Both the position numbers and the translations under genes were made by a program. Below the pieces are notes generated by a model, which saw only the letters and a program-made list of their open reading frames with translations, was not told the origin of the DNA and searched no databases. From Bacilli bacterium (GTDB taxonomy: Bacteria > Bacillota_I > Bacilli_A > RFN20 > UBA1709), in the NCBI GenBank assembly GCA_034115825.1, contig JAXESU010000002.1, positions 79,226 to 143,225 on the forward strand: a stretch of 64,000 nucleotides of DNA, read 5' to 3'. Shown one piece after another: positions 1-9,831 of this stretch; the first letter of the stretch is position 1; the number at the start of each line of letters is the position of its first letter.

Positions 1-673
1 CCGCTTTACGGCATAAATCTTTTTCTAAACGAGAATTGTAAGTATTGTTAGTATACGCTTCAACCGCATGACATAAAGCATCCAAACCAGTTGTTGAGGT
101 AACTTTTGGAGGAAGCCCTACTGTTAAAAGTGGATCTAAAACCGCATAATGTGGCATTAATGATAAATCATTCATTGAAGCTTTATGGCGCGTTTTTTCA
201 ATCGTAATAACCGCTGCAATCGTTGTTTCACTACCAGTACCAGCCGTAGTTGGAACCGTAAAAATAGTTGGAATTCTTTTTAAAACTTTAAATAATCCTT
301 GAAGTTGTTCAACATTCTTTTTTGGTTTTGCAATACAAGCGCCAATCGCCTTAGCACAGTCCATTGCTGATCCACCGCCAAAAGCAATCATTGAATCACA
401 ATTATTTTCTTTATAAAGTTTTACACCGGCATAAACATTCTCATCACTTGGATTTGGGCGAACCCCATCATAAACAACATATGAAACTTGTTCTTTTTCC
501 ATTGATGCAAATAGATCATCTAACAAGTGTAAACTCATAAGAACATTATCCGTAACAACTAGAACTTTTTTATAACCTTTTTCTTTAATAAAGGAGGGTA
601 ATTTAGTAATTGAACCTGGTCCTTCAATTGTTTCAGGCATTCGCCAAGGCAAAAAATACATGCCAATTTTCAT
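1..673 (-). CDS. Iron-containing (class III) alcohol dehydrogenase, C-terminally truncated by window edge
   Basis: Reverse-strand translation begins MKIGMYFLPW... and contains the GGGSAMDCAK motif typical of Fe-ADH. ATG at 671-673 with an AAGGA RBS. The ORF runs off the window start. Confidence 0.8.
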   Translation of the reverse strand, partial: MKIGMYFLPWRMPETIEGPGSITKLPSFIKEKGYKKVLVVTDNVLMSLHLLDDLFASMEKEQVSYVVYDGVRPNPSDENVYAGVKLYKENNCDSMIAFGGGSAMDCAKAIGACIAKPKKNVEQLQGLFKVLKRIPTIFTVPTTAGTGSETTIAAVITIEKTRHKASMNDLSLMPHYAVLDPLLTVGLPPKVTSTTGLDALCHAVEAYTNNTYNSRLEKDLCRKA

Positions 674-701
674 AATTCCTTGATATATACGACTATAAAT
701 T

Positions 702-935
702 TTACCCATTACTATCCCTCTCTTCCATAATTATTGCTCTAATTGGGCACACTTTTTCACATATACCACAACCGATACATTTTTCTTCTTTGGCTAAATA
801 AGCAACTGTATTAATGTCACCATGATATTTAGCGTCTTCAATTTTTAAACAATCCATTGGACAATTTTCGACACAGGCTGAACAACCGGCACAAGTTTTC
901 TTATTAATACTTGGCCTTTTTTTAATAATTGCCAT
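702..935 (-). CDS. 2x[4Fe-4S] ferredoxin (dicluster)
   Basis: 77 aa with two CxxCxxCxxxCP motifs (CAGCSACVENCP and CIGCGICEKVCP). Confidence 0.85.
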   Translation of the reverse strand: MAIIKKRPSINKKTCAGCSACVENCPMDCLKIEDAKYHGDINTVAYLAKEEKCIGCGICEKVCPIRAIIMEERDSNG

Positions 936-937
936 AA

Positions 938-1162
938 TTATCCACCTCCTGCCGGAGATAACATATATACAATATCTCCATCTTTAAAATGATAATTCTT
1001 TTTTACTTTTTTACCATTAACTAAAACAACTAAATCTTTAACTTCTTTTCGTGATAACCCCGGAATCATTCCTTTTAAGATTGATAAACTTTTTACGTTT
1101 GTCGTCATTGATGTCATGTTCACTTTCTCGCGAGTAACTCCATAAAAATATACTTTAATCAT
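938..1162 (-). CDS. moaD: MoaD/ThiS-family sulfur carrier protein
   Basis: 74 aa ending in a Gly-Gly C-terminus (...SPAGGG). Ubiquitin-like size, embedded in the Moco/W-cofactor operon. Confidence 0.6.
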   Translation of the reverse strand: MIKVYFYGVTREKVNMTSMTTNVKSLSILKGMIPGLSRKEVKDLVVLVNGKKVKKNYHFKDGDIVYMLSPAGGG

Positions 1163-1165
1163 TAT

Positions 1166-3091
1166 TTAACCCTCGATATGTAATTTTTTTAAAGTGTGTT
1201 TAGTTGGAAGACCTTCTTTATTCCAACCGCGAGCCTTATAATAAGTTTTTTTCAATTTTTCAAGAGGTACTTTTGAGTTTTCATTATTTGGATCTTGAAG
1301 AACACTTGTTAAACGTTTTGGTAATGCATCCTTATTAGCATTAACTCCAAAACGACGATTAACTTCTCTTTCAAGATTAAATCCCCGTTCTCCACAACGT
1401 AAAAACTTACCAAATTTCATCTTCATTCCGGTAACTAATTCAAACCCTTTAGTATGAGGGAAAATTGGTAAATGAAGATGCATCATTAAAGGAAATTTAT
1501 TCATCAAACGAACGACTCCACCACTATACGGTAAAATTTTATTCGTTAATTTGGCGTACCAACTATTAGGATGGTTCATTAATGGCATTGGGAAAAAGGC
1601 ATAAGAAGTAAATAAACAAAGGCCCGTCGCACTAATCATTTCCATCAAATCTTGAAACATCATTGTTAAATCAGCTTTACCATGATGAGTAGTTGGATTA
1701 ATATCTAATCCTAACCCCTCTAAAATAACAAGATAGCCACCATTTAAATGACATCCACCTCTATTTGAAGTAGCATAACCAAGCCCTAACCCTACAGCAT
1801 TTCGTGGTTCATATGCTGATAATTCCATTCCTTTAGAATGAATGGCGAATTCTTTACCACCATATTTTTCACTTAGTTTTTTACTACCCAAAGCTAACTC
1901 TTCTCCAATCCCTTCTTTAAAAGCAATTTGGTTAAAAATCTTCGACAATTCTTCGTGACTACTAAAACTTAAGCCATTATTCCAAATTCCTTTTTCATTA
2001 GCTTCCATCGCATAAGCAATTGTGTTAGCGGTTGAAATTGTATCTAATCCTAATTCATCTAATTCGTAATTCCATTTGATAATCGATTCTAAATCGTTAT
2101 TTAAAATACCACTGCCTAATAAAACAAGGGTTTCTAATTCTGGTCCTTTAACTAATTTATTATCAACATAAACACTACGACTGCATTTAATTGGACAAGT
2201 TAAACAACCTTTATTAACAACATTATATTTTTGAGCTAATAATTCTCCACTAATTTTTTCAAAATCTTCATATTGCCCTTGGCTAAAGTTTTTGGTCGAC
2301 AAAATGTGTTTTGTTTGCATAACACTAACTAAACCTGCTGTTCCAAGTTTAGGCAGTTGTTGTCCTGTTAGTGGATGATTTTTAAGTCGCTTAAACCATT
2401 TTTGCGTATGTTTAATCATTTTCTCTTTATGTAAAACTTTAACTTCTTTATTACCACTAACACTAACTGCCTTTAGGTTCATCCATCCCATTATTGCCCC
2501 AGTTCCACCGCGTCCCGATACTCGTTCATTTGAAACAATGCACGAATATAAAACTTGATGTTCTCCAGCTGGTCCAATAACAATTTTACCGCTTTTACGC
2601 TTTCGACCATTTGGTAAAGTTAATTTTCGGTCAATTTCCTCTTGGGTTTCGCTACTTTTCTTTCCCCATAAAAAGGAAGCATCATTAAAAGTTACTTTAT
2701 CATTATTAATATCAATCCAAGTTGGACTATCAAGATGTCCTTTAATGATTAATGCATCATAACCAGCTTTTTTAAGATAATAACCAAAGTTACCACCACT
2801 ATTTGATGAGGTAATATATCCTGTTTGTGGTGAAAGAGTCGAAATATTAAAACGACTTGAACTAGGAGCTCCAGATCCTGTTAAAGGACCCGTTGTTATT
2901 ACTAATAAATTATCATCGGAAAAAGGCTTTTCCGTTCCTTTTAAATTATCGGCTAAAATTTTAGCAGCCATTGTTTTTCCACCGATATATAGTTCTCTTT
3001 CCTTATCGCTAAATGGATATTCACTTATTTCTTTGGTTGTTAAGTTAATCATCATAACTTTTCCCATATATCCACCATATTTACTAGCCAT
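1166..3091 (-). CDS. aor: Tungsten-containing aldehyde:ferredoxin oxidoreductase (AOR family)
   Basis: 641 aa. AOR N-terminal domain, CLTCPIKC (CxxCxxxC) Fe-S ligand motif and a later GGCH motif. Co-operonic with tupABC and pterin cofactor biosynthesis genes. Confidence 0.8.
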   Translation of the reverse strand: MASKYGGYMGKVMMINLTTKEISEYPFSDKERELYIGGKTMAAKILADNLKGTEKPFSDDNLLVITTGPLTGSGAPSSSRFNISTLSPQTGYITSSNSGGNFGYYLKKAGYDALIIKGHLDSPTWIDINNDKVTFNDASFLWGKKSSETQEEIDRKLTLPNGRKRKSGKIVIGPAGEHQVLYSCIVSNERVSGRGGTGAIMGWMNLKAVSVSGNKEVKVLHKEKMIKHTQKWFKRLKNHPLTGQQLPKLGTAGLVSVMQTKHILSTKNFSQGQYEDFEKISGELLAQKYNVVNKGCLTCPIKCSRSVYVDNKLVKGPELETLVLLGSGILNNDLESIIKWNYELDELGLDTISTANTIAYAMEANEKGIWNNGLSFSSHEELSKIFNQIAFKEGIGEELALGSKKLSEKYGGKEFAIHSKGMELSAYEPRNAVGLGLGYATSNRGGCHLNGGYLVILEGLGLDINPTTHHGKADLTMMFQDLMEMISATGLCLFTSYAFFPMPLMNHPNSWYAKLTNKILPYSGGVVRLMNKFPLMMHLHLPIFPHTKGFELVTGMKMKFGKFLRCGERGFNLEREVNRRFGVNANKDALPKRLTSVLQDPNNENSKVPLEKLKKTYYKARGWNKEGLPTKHTLKKLHIEG

Positions 3092-3103
3092 GTTATTACC
3101 TCC

Positions 3104-4147
3104 TTATCCTAATATTTGATATTCATCATTTAATACATTGATATACATTATTTTATTGACTAAATTGCTTTTTAATTTACATAAATATTTAACAGCTTCT
3201 TTGCTCATTATTGAAGCAACAATATTAACGGTGTGAATATTATTAAATTTGATTGGAGTTGATTTTTTGTGATAGATACTATCTAAAAATTGACCATCAC
3301 TACTAACTATTACTTGACCTTCATAATCATTAACAGCTCCAGAAATAATATAATTTTTACTATTAGCAATTTTTCTTCGACTTTCATCATTATCGACACA
3401 ATCAATAATTAAATCTATATCATCAGTTTTCCTTGAACTATAATGTTCTTTTCTAATTTCAATATTAACATTATTATTGATTAATAAAAGTTGTTCTTTA
3501 ACTATTTCAACTTTATCTTTACCTAAAAACTTTTCGTTAGCAAAAATTTGGCGATTAAAATTACTATAATTAATCTTATCAAAATCAACTAAGATCAAGT
3601 TATGTAAACCACTTCTAATTAAATTATTCGCAACAACTTGACCTAAAGCACCAACACCAACAATCATTACTTTTTTATCATAAGGAATAGTTAAACTATT
3701 TTTAATAAAACGCTCATTAATGACTACTTTAATTTCATCATTTTTATTAATTATTCCGCCTTGAATAACTTTACAAAAGATGCCAAGACGAGGCATAACA
3801 CATTTTCCGGTAATTTTTTTAATATTACACCCACTATGACATTCTTTACCAATTTGACTTACTTCTAAAATAACATCATTAATGTAAATCTGACTACCTA
3901 TTGGTAAACTCGAAAGATTTAAATCATCAACCAAAATATTTTCAGCATAAGCACCATATTCTTTGCTAGGGTATTCTTTTTGTTCATCAATAATTTCTTT
4001 TAATGATATAAGTGATACTTGACGATGCCAATTACCAGCATGAGCATCATTTAAAAATCCATGATTAGTAACAACTTCGATTGTTGGAACTTCGTTTTTA
4101 ACTGTTCCTTTATTTTTACTTATACATAGTGCTACTACTTTTGCCAT
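3104..4147 (-). CDS. moeB: MOSC-domain / ThiF-MoeB (E1-like) fusion protein
   Basis: N-terminal ~150 aa resembles a MOSC domain (HAGNWHRQVSL... GKECHSGC). The C-terminal part has a Rossmann GVGALG motif and the NFNRQ motif of ThiF/MoeB adenylyltransferases. Confidence 0.6.
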   Translation of the reverse strand: MAKVVALCISKNKGTVKNEVPTIEVVTNHGFLNDAHAGNWHRQVSLISLKEIIDEQKEYPSKEYGAYAENILVDDLNLSSLPIGSQIYINDVILEVSQIGKECHSGCNIKKITGKCVMPRLGIFCKVIQGGIINKNDEIKVVINERFIKNSLTIPYDKKVMIVGVGALGQVVANNLIRSGLHNLILVDFDKINYSNFNRQIFANEKFLGKDKVEIVKEQLLLINNNVNIEIRKEHYSSRKTDDIDLIIDCVDNDESRRKIANSKNYIISGAVNDYEGQVIVSSDGQFLDSIYHKKSTPIKFNNIHTVNIVASIMSKEAVKYLCKLKSNLVNKIMYINVLNDEYQILG

Positions 4148-4641
4148 TAGTTATCACCACACCTATTAACATCCCCCTTTAAAACATCTAATCCATGCTT
4201 TAAAGGTTCAATAATATAGTTAAAGCATTCACTACTGCCTTTTAAACTACCTGGTAAGTTAATAATTAAAGTTCGCTTACGGATTCCCGAAACACCTCGT
4301 GATAACATTGCTTTTTTAGTTTTTTCTAAACTTAACATTCGCATGGCTTCACTAATCCCTGGTGTTTCTTTATCTAAAATTCTTTTAGTAGCTTCAGGAG
4401 TATTATCGCGAATCGAAAAGCCTGTCCCCCCAGTTGTTAAAATTAAATCAACTTGCATATCATCAATAATTTTTATTAACTCATCACTAATATCATCTAG
4501 TTCATCTTTAATAACATTATGATAAACAATATCAATATCATTTAGTAAACAAAGACGTTTAATTTCTTTACCCGCTTCATCATTTTCTAGACTTCGAGTA
4601 TCACTCATCGTTAAAATAGCACCCTTATACTTCATAATCAC
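4147..4641 (-). CDS. moaB: Molybdopterin adenylyltransferase MogA/MoaB family
   Basis: 164 aa with the TTGGTGFSIRDNTPEAT motif of MogA/MoaB. Confidence 0.8.
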   Translation of the reverse strand: MIMKYKGAILTMSDTRSLENDEAGKEIKRLCLLNDIDIVYHNVIKDELDDISDELIKIIDDMQVDLILTTGGTGFSIRDNTPEATKRILDKETPGISEAMRMLSLEKTKKAMLSRGVSGIRKRTLIINLPGSLKGSSECFNYIIEPLKHGLDVLKGDVNRCGDN

Positions 4642-5089
4642 TTTTCCCTCCCGTCTTCTTTACTAAATGTAAATTGTCAATACGAATATCTTTTTGTAAT
4701 GCTTTGCACATATCATAAATAGTTAAAGCACAAACACTACAAGCAGTTAAAGCTTCCATTTCAACACCAGTTCTTTCATTAACTTTAACTTCGCTAATAA
4801 CTTCAATTTTCCCTTCATCATAAAGTGAAAAATGAATATCAATAGAACTAATCGGTAATGGATGAGCCATTGGAATAATATTAGAAGTATTTTTACATGC
4901 CATTATTCCTGCCACTTGAGCAACACTTAAAACATCACCTTTTTTAATTCCACCAGTTTTAATTTGATGTAATGTTTCTTTATTAACATAAACATCACAT
5001 TTGGCTATTGCTGTTCGCAATGTTTTATCTTTTAAAGAAACATCGACCATTTTGGCGTGACCTTCTTCATTAAAATGACTAAAATCCAT
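4625..5089 (-). CDS. moaC: Cyclic pyranopterin monophosphate synthase MoaC
   Basis: 154 aa MoaC-like sequence (MVDVSLK...GVEMEALTA). Overlaps moaB start by 17 nt, consistent with an operon. Confidence 0.8.
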   Translation of the reverse strand: MDFSHFNEEGHAKMVDVSLKDKTLRTAIAKCDVYVNKETLHQIKTGGIKKGDVLSVAQVAGIMACKNTSNIIPMAHPLPISSIDIHFSLYDEGKIEVISEVKVNERTGVEMEALTACSVCALTIYDMCKALQKDIRIDNLHLVKKTGGKSDYEV

Positions 5090-5094
5090 TCTCG

Positions 5095-6018
5095 TTAACC
5101 CCCTATCTCATTCATTGTTCTTGTGGTTAATTGAACATTCTCTTTATTTATCGGTTTATTTTGCAAAATATTATTAAAAACTTCTTCAAGTGAATCATCA
5201 CTTAATCCTTTAACATCGATTTCTTCATTTGAAAATAAACATGGTTTAATTTTACCTAATGAAGTTAATCTTAATTTGTTACAACGGTGACAGAAAGTAT
5301 GTGACAAAGGTCTTATAAAACCAATTAAACCTTGATCATCACTAGTTTTATACAACTCACTTACTCCATCATCTTTAATCTTAACTAAATCACAATGATT
5401 ATTAATTATTTCATCTAAAGAACTATAATTGAAGTTTTTTCCTTCACCTATTGGCATTAGTTCAATAAAACGAACAATCACTTTTTTAGTTTTAGCAAAT
5501 TCGATAAATTGATCAATTTCATCGTCATTAAAACCTTTAATATAAACGACATTAATTTTAACTTTAGCAAAATTTTGAATTGCTAAATCAATATTTTGTA
5601 AAACTTTTTTCAAGTTACCTCTACGCGTAATTTGGTAATATTTATCTTCATTTAAAGTATCTAAAGATATATTAATGGTAGTAAAACCACATTCTTTTAA
5701 CACCGTCAAATGTTTATCAAGAAGCGATCCATTAGTTGTTAAACCTTTTTCCTTTATTCCCTCGACATCTTTTAAAAGATAAAATAATTGATCAATATCT
5801 TTACGAACAAGTGGCTCACCACCACTAATACGTATTTTATTAATTCCTTTTTTAGCTAAGAAAATGACTAAACGCTGAATCTCTTCATAACTTATTATCT
5901 CTTGATGATGATTTAAAATGATCCCATCTTCTTTCATACAGTACTTGCATCGATAATTACATAAATCAGTGACGGATATTCGCAAATAATTAATTTCTCG
6001 ATTATATCTATCTAACAT
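5095..6018 (-). CDS. moaA: GTP 3',8-cyclase MoaA (radical SAM)
   Basis: CNYRCKYC radical-SAM motif near the N-terminus and a C-terminal MoaA-type second cluster region. 307 aa. Confidence 0.85.
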   Translation of the reverse strand: MLDRYNREINYLRISVTDLCNYRCKYCMKEDGIILNHHQEIISYEEIQRLVIFLAKKGINKIRISGGEPLVRKDIDQLFYLLKDVEGIKEKGLTTNGSLLDKHLTVLKECGFTTINISLDTLNEDKYYQITRRGNLKKVLQNIDLAIQNFAKVKINVVYIKGFNDDEIDQFIEFAKTKKVIVRFIELMPIGEGKNFNYSSLDEIINNHCDLVKIKDDGVSELYKTSDDQGLIGFIRPLSHTFCHRCNKLRLTSLGKIKPCLFSNEEIDVKGLSDDSLEEVFNNILQNKPINKENVQLTTRTMNEIGG

Positions 6019-7906
6019 CGATTATTTCTCCACATTCATCATAGTTATATCCGCCGAGTTGGTCTAATTTTTGATGGAATTGTTCATTTTTTAAAGCCTT
6101 AATAAACATTCTTATTATCGGTAAATCCAAATATTTTTTATATGTTACAAAATCATATTCTTCAAAACCACATTCAATAAAATCTAAATCAAGAGCTTTA
6201 CTAGCACTATAAACACCCATACCAACATCAGCATCAAAATGTTTAATAGCCATCGAAACTGCCATATGGGTTTTAACTTCATGTTCATACCCATTAATCT
6301 TGTTTTTATCAATATTATTCTTCTTCAATAAATAATCAAAAAGTACTCTTGTTCCCGCACCTTTTTGACGATTAATATATCGATAATTTTTAATATCATA
6401 AATGTTTTTAATCTTTAATGGATTACCTTTTTGAACAATAAATCCTTGAAGTCTTTTAACTCCTTTAATAATGACCATTTCTTCATCTTTAAAGATCTCT
6501 TTAATAATAGGAAGATTATAAACACCACTTTTTTCATCTAACAAATGTGATGGTGCTAAATGTGTTTCTTTATTTTTTAAAGCTAATAATCCGGAGAGTG
6601 AGCCAACATGCGTTGATGATAAATAAACTTTATTTTCATTTAATAACATTTGATCTTTGATAATATCCAAAATCAAGTCATGGCTTCCAATAACAACAAG
6701 ACTATTATTAATTCGATCTAAATCATTAATTAACTTAACTTCAACTTCTTCTTGCTTTAATATTCCTTCTTTATTTTGAGGAACAATTAAAAAACCATCA
6801 GCCATTAATAATGATAAAGTATTTCCCGCTCCTCGATCTAAAGGAATCGCAACAAGATGATTGTCCACTCTTCCTAATTTTACTCGAATATATTCTTCAT
6901 ATTTTAAACTCGACATAATTGTTTTAGTTAAAGTAGCTTTAACCGTTTTTTGATAACTACTATCTTGATGGTAATATTTTTGCATTAAAGGTATAACAAA
7001 CTCATTAAAAGTAATATATGCTGAAACGGGATATCCTGGTAATCCAATAACTGGTTTATGATTAATTTTCCCTAAAATAACTGGTTTCCCAGGCTTAATA
7101 TTAACCCCGTGAACAAAAACTTCGCCTAATTCTTTAATTGCTAACGATGTATAATCATCTCTTCCAGCACTGCTTCCAGCATTAATAATTACACAATCAC
7201 ATTCTTCACAGGCTTTTAATAAACTTTGTTTGATTAAATCTAAATTATCTTTAATTATTGGATAAATAACACTTTCTCCACCATTATTCTTTACTAGTGA
7301 CGCAAACATATAAGAATTCGTTTCAATAATGGTATTATCTTTTAAAGTTTCATGATAATTTATCATTTCATCTCCAGTAGGGATTATTCCTATTTTTATT
7401 TTCTTTAGAACATTAATTTTAAAATTACCACTTGTTAATAAAGTTGAAATATCTATTGGACGAATTTTACTAAATGATGGTAAGACCATTTCATTAATAA
7501 CAATATCTTCACCAACAGCTCGAACATTTTGAAAAGGAGCAACACTATTAATAATTTTATATCCATTTTCACCTTCAATTAAATCTTCAGCCATAATAAC
7601 AGCATCGAAAGGATTAACTAACTTATCACCCGTATCACATTCAAGATAATCTTCCTTTTCTTTTAGAAAGATTGGATTATTTTCACTAGCATTTTTAGTT
7701 TTATCACTAACAACCATAATCCCATCCATCGCACATGAATTATATAAAGGATTGGCATATTTAGCAAAAATAGCTTCACTGGTTACATAATCTAAACTAT
7801 TTTCGGTATCAATACAAATTGAACTTATCTTAAAATCAAACGTTTGTAAAAACTTTGTTAAGGCACTTTGCTTATCTAAAACTTTTAAATACAAATTTCG
7901 TTTCAT
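6008..7906 (-). CDS. moeA: Molybdopterin molybdo/tungsto-transferase MoeA with C-terminal periplasmic-binding-protein-like domain
   Basis: 632 aa. MoeA core (GDxxxxG region, IPTGDE, PGNP-like motifs) plus ~230 aa extra C-terminal PBP-like domain. Confidence 0.7.
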   Translation of the reverse strand: MKRNLYLKVLDKQSALTKFLQTFDFKISSICIDTENSLDYVTSEAIFAKYANPLYNSCAMDGIMVVSDKTKNASENNPIFLKEKEDYLECDTGDKLVNPFDAVIMAEDLIEGENGYKIINSVAPFQNVRAVGEDIVINEMVLPSFSKIRPIDISTLLTSGNFKINVLKKIKIGIIPTGDEMINYHETLKDNTIIETNSYMFASLVKNNGGESVIYPIIKDNLDLIKQSLLKACEECDCVIINAGSSAGRDDYTSLAIKELGEVFVHGVNIKPGKPVILGKINHKPVIGLPGYPVSAYITFNEFVIPLMQKYYHQDSSYQKTVKATLTKTIMSSLKYEEYIRVKLGRVDNHLVAIPLDRGAGNTLSLLMADGFLIVPQNKEGILKQEEVEVKLINDLDRINNSLVVIGSHDLILDIIKDQMLLNENKVYLSSTHVGSLSGLLALKNKETHLAPSHLLDEKSGVYNLPIIKEIFKDEEMVIIKGVKRLQGFIVQKGNPLKIKNIYDIKNYRYINRQKGAGTRVLFDYLLKKNNIDKNKINGYEHEVKTHMAVSMAIKHFDADVGMGVYSASKALDLDFIECGFEEYDFVTYKKYLDLPIIRMFIKALKNEQFHQKLDQLGGYNYDECGEIIDVR

Positions 7907-7907
7907 T

Positions 7908-9137
7908 TTAAAACACCTCTACTTTCACTAATTCACCTTTTTTTAATCCCTCTTTATTACGATCAATTAATACATATCCATAAGCTTGAGTTAAAGAATA
8001 AATGTTCCCTGATTTTGTATAAATTGGATGGGCAATCATTTCATCATTTATATCTTCGAGTTTAACTAAAAGAATTGTTTCTCTTCCCTTATTGGATGAG
8101 ACATTTTCACTTATTTTTGCATAATATGGATGGCTTTTCTTTTTATTCATTTGCTTATTAAAACCATCTATCGCTAATAATTTAAACATTAGTAAAGCTG
8201 CTAAAGGATGCCCTGGTAGGCCGATAAATAAGCATTCATTAATCTTGTCATAGGCTAAGATTGTTGGTTTACCAGGTTTAATCGCAATCCCATGAACAAA
8301 AACATTTTCTGTTAATTCATCAATTACTAATAAACTATAATCTTTATCACCTTTGGAACTACCTCCAGATAATATAATTAAATCATTGTCCTTAACTAAC
8401 TTAAAAAGAGTATCATAAATTTGTTGATAGTCATCTTTTAAACGTAAAACATTAGTAACATTAAAGCCTTTTAAAAGAGCATAATTTTTTAAACTATAAC
8501 TATTAACGTCACGAATTTCACCATTACTAATTTCGTCATATGGATCTTTTAGTTCATCCCCGGTTGAAACAATAGCAACATTAATCTTTTCATAAACTTC
8601 GACTTCTTTAATCCCTAAAGAAATTAAAACACCGATTACAAAAGCATTTATTTCTTGTCCTTTAATAAATAAAAGCTGTCCATTTTTGATATCATCACCA
8701 ATTAAATTAACATTTTCATGATGACTAACACTTCGATAAATAGCTATTTTATTATCACTTATAACTTCACAATATTCTTTCATAATAACAGCATTAGCGT
8801 TTTTAGGAAGCATCGAACCAGTTTGGAGCAATACACATTCATCATCATTAACAACGTATTCATTATTTTCATTAATTTTTACTTCACCAACGACATTTAA
8901 AAAGATTGGATTAGTCTCACTTGCCCCATAACTTGATTTAGCAATTAAGGCATATCCATCAACTGTTGAACGATTAAAAGAAGGGATGTATTCATTTGCA
9001 TATACATCTTTCGCTAAAATATAAGAAAGTGAAGATAATACTGGTACTTTTTTCGTTTTTAGTTTTTTATTTTCAAGAGTTTGTTGTATTAGTTCTAAGG
9101 ACTTTTTTAAACTTTTAACATCTAATAGTTCCATCAT
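7908..9137 (-). CDS. moeA: Molybdopterin molybdo/tungsto-transferase MoeA (second paralog)
   Basis: 409 aa canonical MoeA (STGDEL, LSGGSSKGDKD, GLPGHP motifs). Two MoeA paralogs are typical of tungsten-cofactor users. Confidence 0.8.
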   Translation of the reverse strand: MMELLDVKSLKKSLELIQQTLENKKLKTKKVPVLSSLSYILAKDVYANEYIPSFNRSTVDGYALIAKSSYGASETNPIFLNVVGEVKINENNEYVVNDDECVLLQTGSMLPKNANAVIMKEYCEVISDNKIAIYRSVSHHENVNLIGDDIKNGQLLFIKGQEINAFVIGVLISLGIKEVEVYEKINVAIVSTGDELKDPYDEISNGEIRDVNSYSLKNYALLKGFNVTNVLRLKDDYQQIYDTLFKLVKDNDLIILSGGSSKGDKDYSLLVIDELTENVFVHGIAIKPGKPTILAYDKINECLFIGLPGHPLAALLMFKLLAIDGFNKQMNKKKSHPYYAKISENVSSNKGRETILLVKLEDINDEMIAHPIYTKSGNIYSLTQAYGYVLIDRNKEGLKKGELVKVEVF

Positions 9138-9829
9138 ACAATAAACTCCCCTTCTATAAACTTCTTGGTCAACTCTTTTTCTGGTTGATTAAAAAATTTA
9201 TCTTTATCATTACTTTCGATAACTTCTCCATGATTTAGTAAAATAACATAATCAGCAATTCTTTTTACTTGAGCTAAGTTGTGTGAAATAAGAATAATTG
9301 TTGTATTATTAATTTCTTTTAAGATGCTTTCAATCTCAATATTACTAAAAGGATCAATGCTAGCGCTTGGTTCATCTAATAATAACACTTTAGGATTAAA
9401 AATAAGCGCTCTAGCCAAGGCCACTTTTTGCTTTTCACCTAATGATAATTGATGAGCCTTTTTATTTAATAATGATTGAATATTTAACTGTTCACTAAGA
9501 TCATTAACCCTTTTTTCACATTCTTTTTTATCATATTTACGAATTTTTAAAGGATATAGTAGATTCTTTTTAACCGTTGTATCAATTAAGTGTGGTGATT
9601 GAAAAACAACCGTTACCTCGCCATTTGGAAAAACTTCACTATCATCAAATAATATTGTTCCTTCATCTTTAGAAATTAAATTACCAATAATATTTATTAA
9701 TGTTGACTTACCAGCGCCATTAGGGCCGATAATGGCATTAATTTTATTTTCTTTAAAAGCTAATTCATTAATTTTTAGAACATCAACGTTATCATATTTT
9801 TTACAAACATTCTTAATTGTAACTTTCAT
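9134..9829 (-). CDS. tupC: Tungstate ABC transporter ATP-binding protein
   Basis: 231 aa ABC ATPase (GPNGAGKST Walker A, LSLGEKQKVALARAL signature). No TOBE extension. Adjacent to tupB/tupA. Confidence 0.75.
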   Translation of the reverse strand: MKVTIKNVCKKYDNVDVLKINELAFKENKINAIIGPNGAGKSTLINIIGNLISKDEGTILFDDSEVFPNGEVTVVFQSPHLIDTTVKKNLLYPLKIRKYDKKECEKRVNDLSEQLNIQSLLNKKAHQLSLGEKQKVALARALIFNPKVLLLDEPSASIDPFSNIEIESILKEINNTTIILISHNLAQVKRIADYVILLNHGEVIESNDKDKFFNQPEKELTKKFIEGEFIV

Positions 9830-9831
9830 AA

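Noticed and set aside
8718-8900. 60-aa ORF on + strand inside moeA
   Set aside because: Lies antisense within a well-supported, conserved CDS. Its low-complexity AT-codon composition is what is expected by chance in an AT-rich genome.
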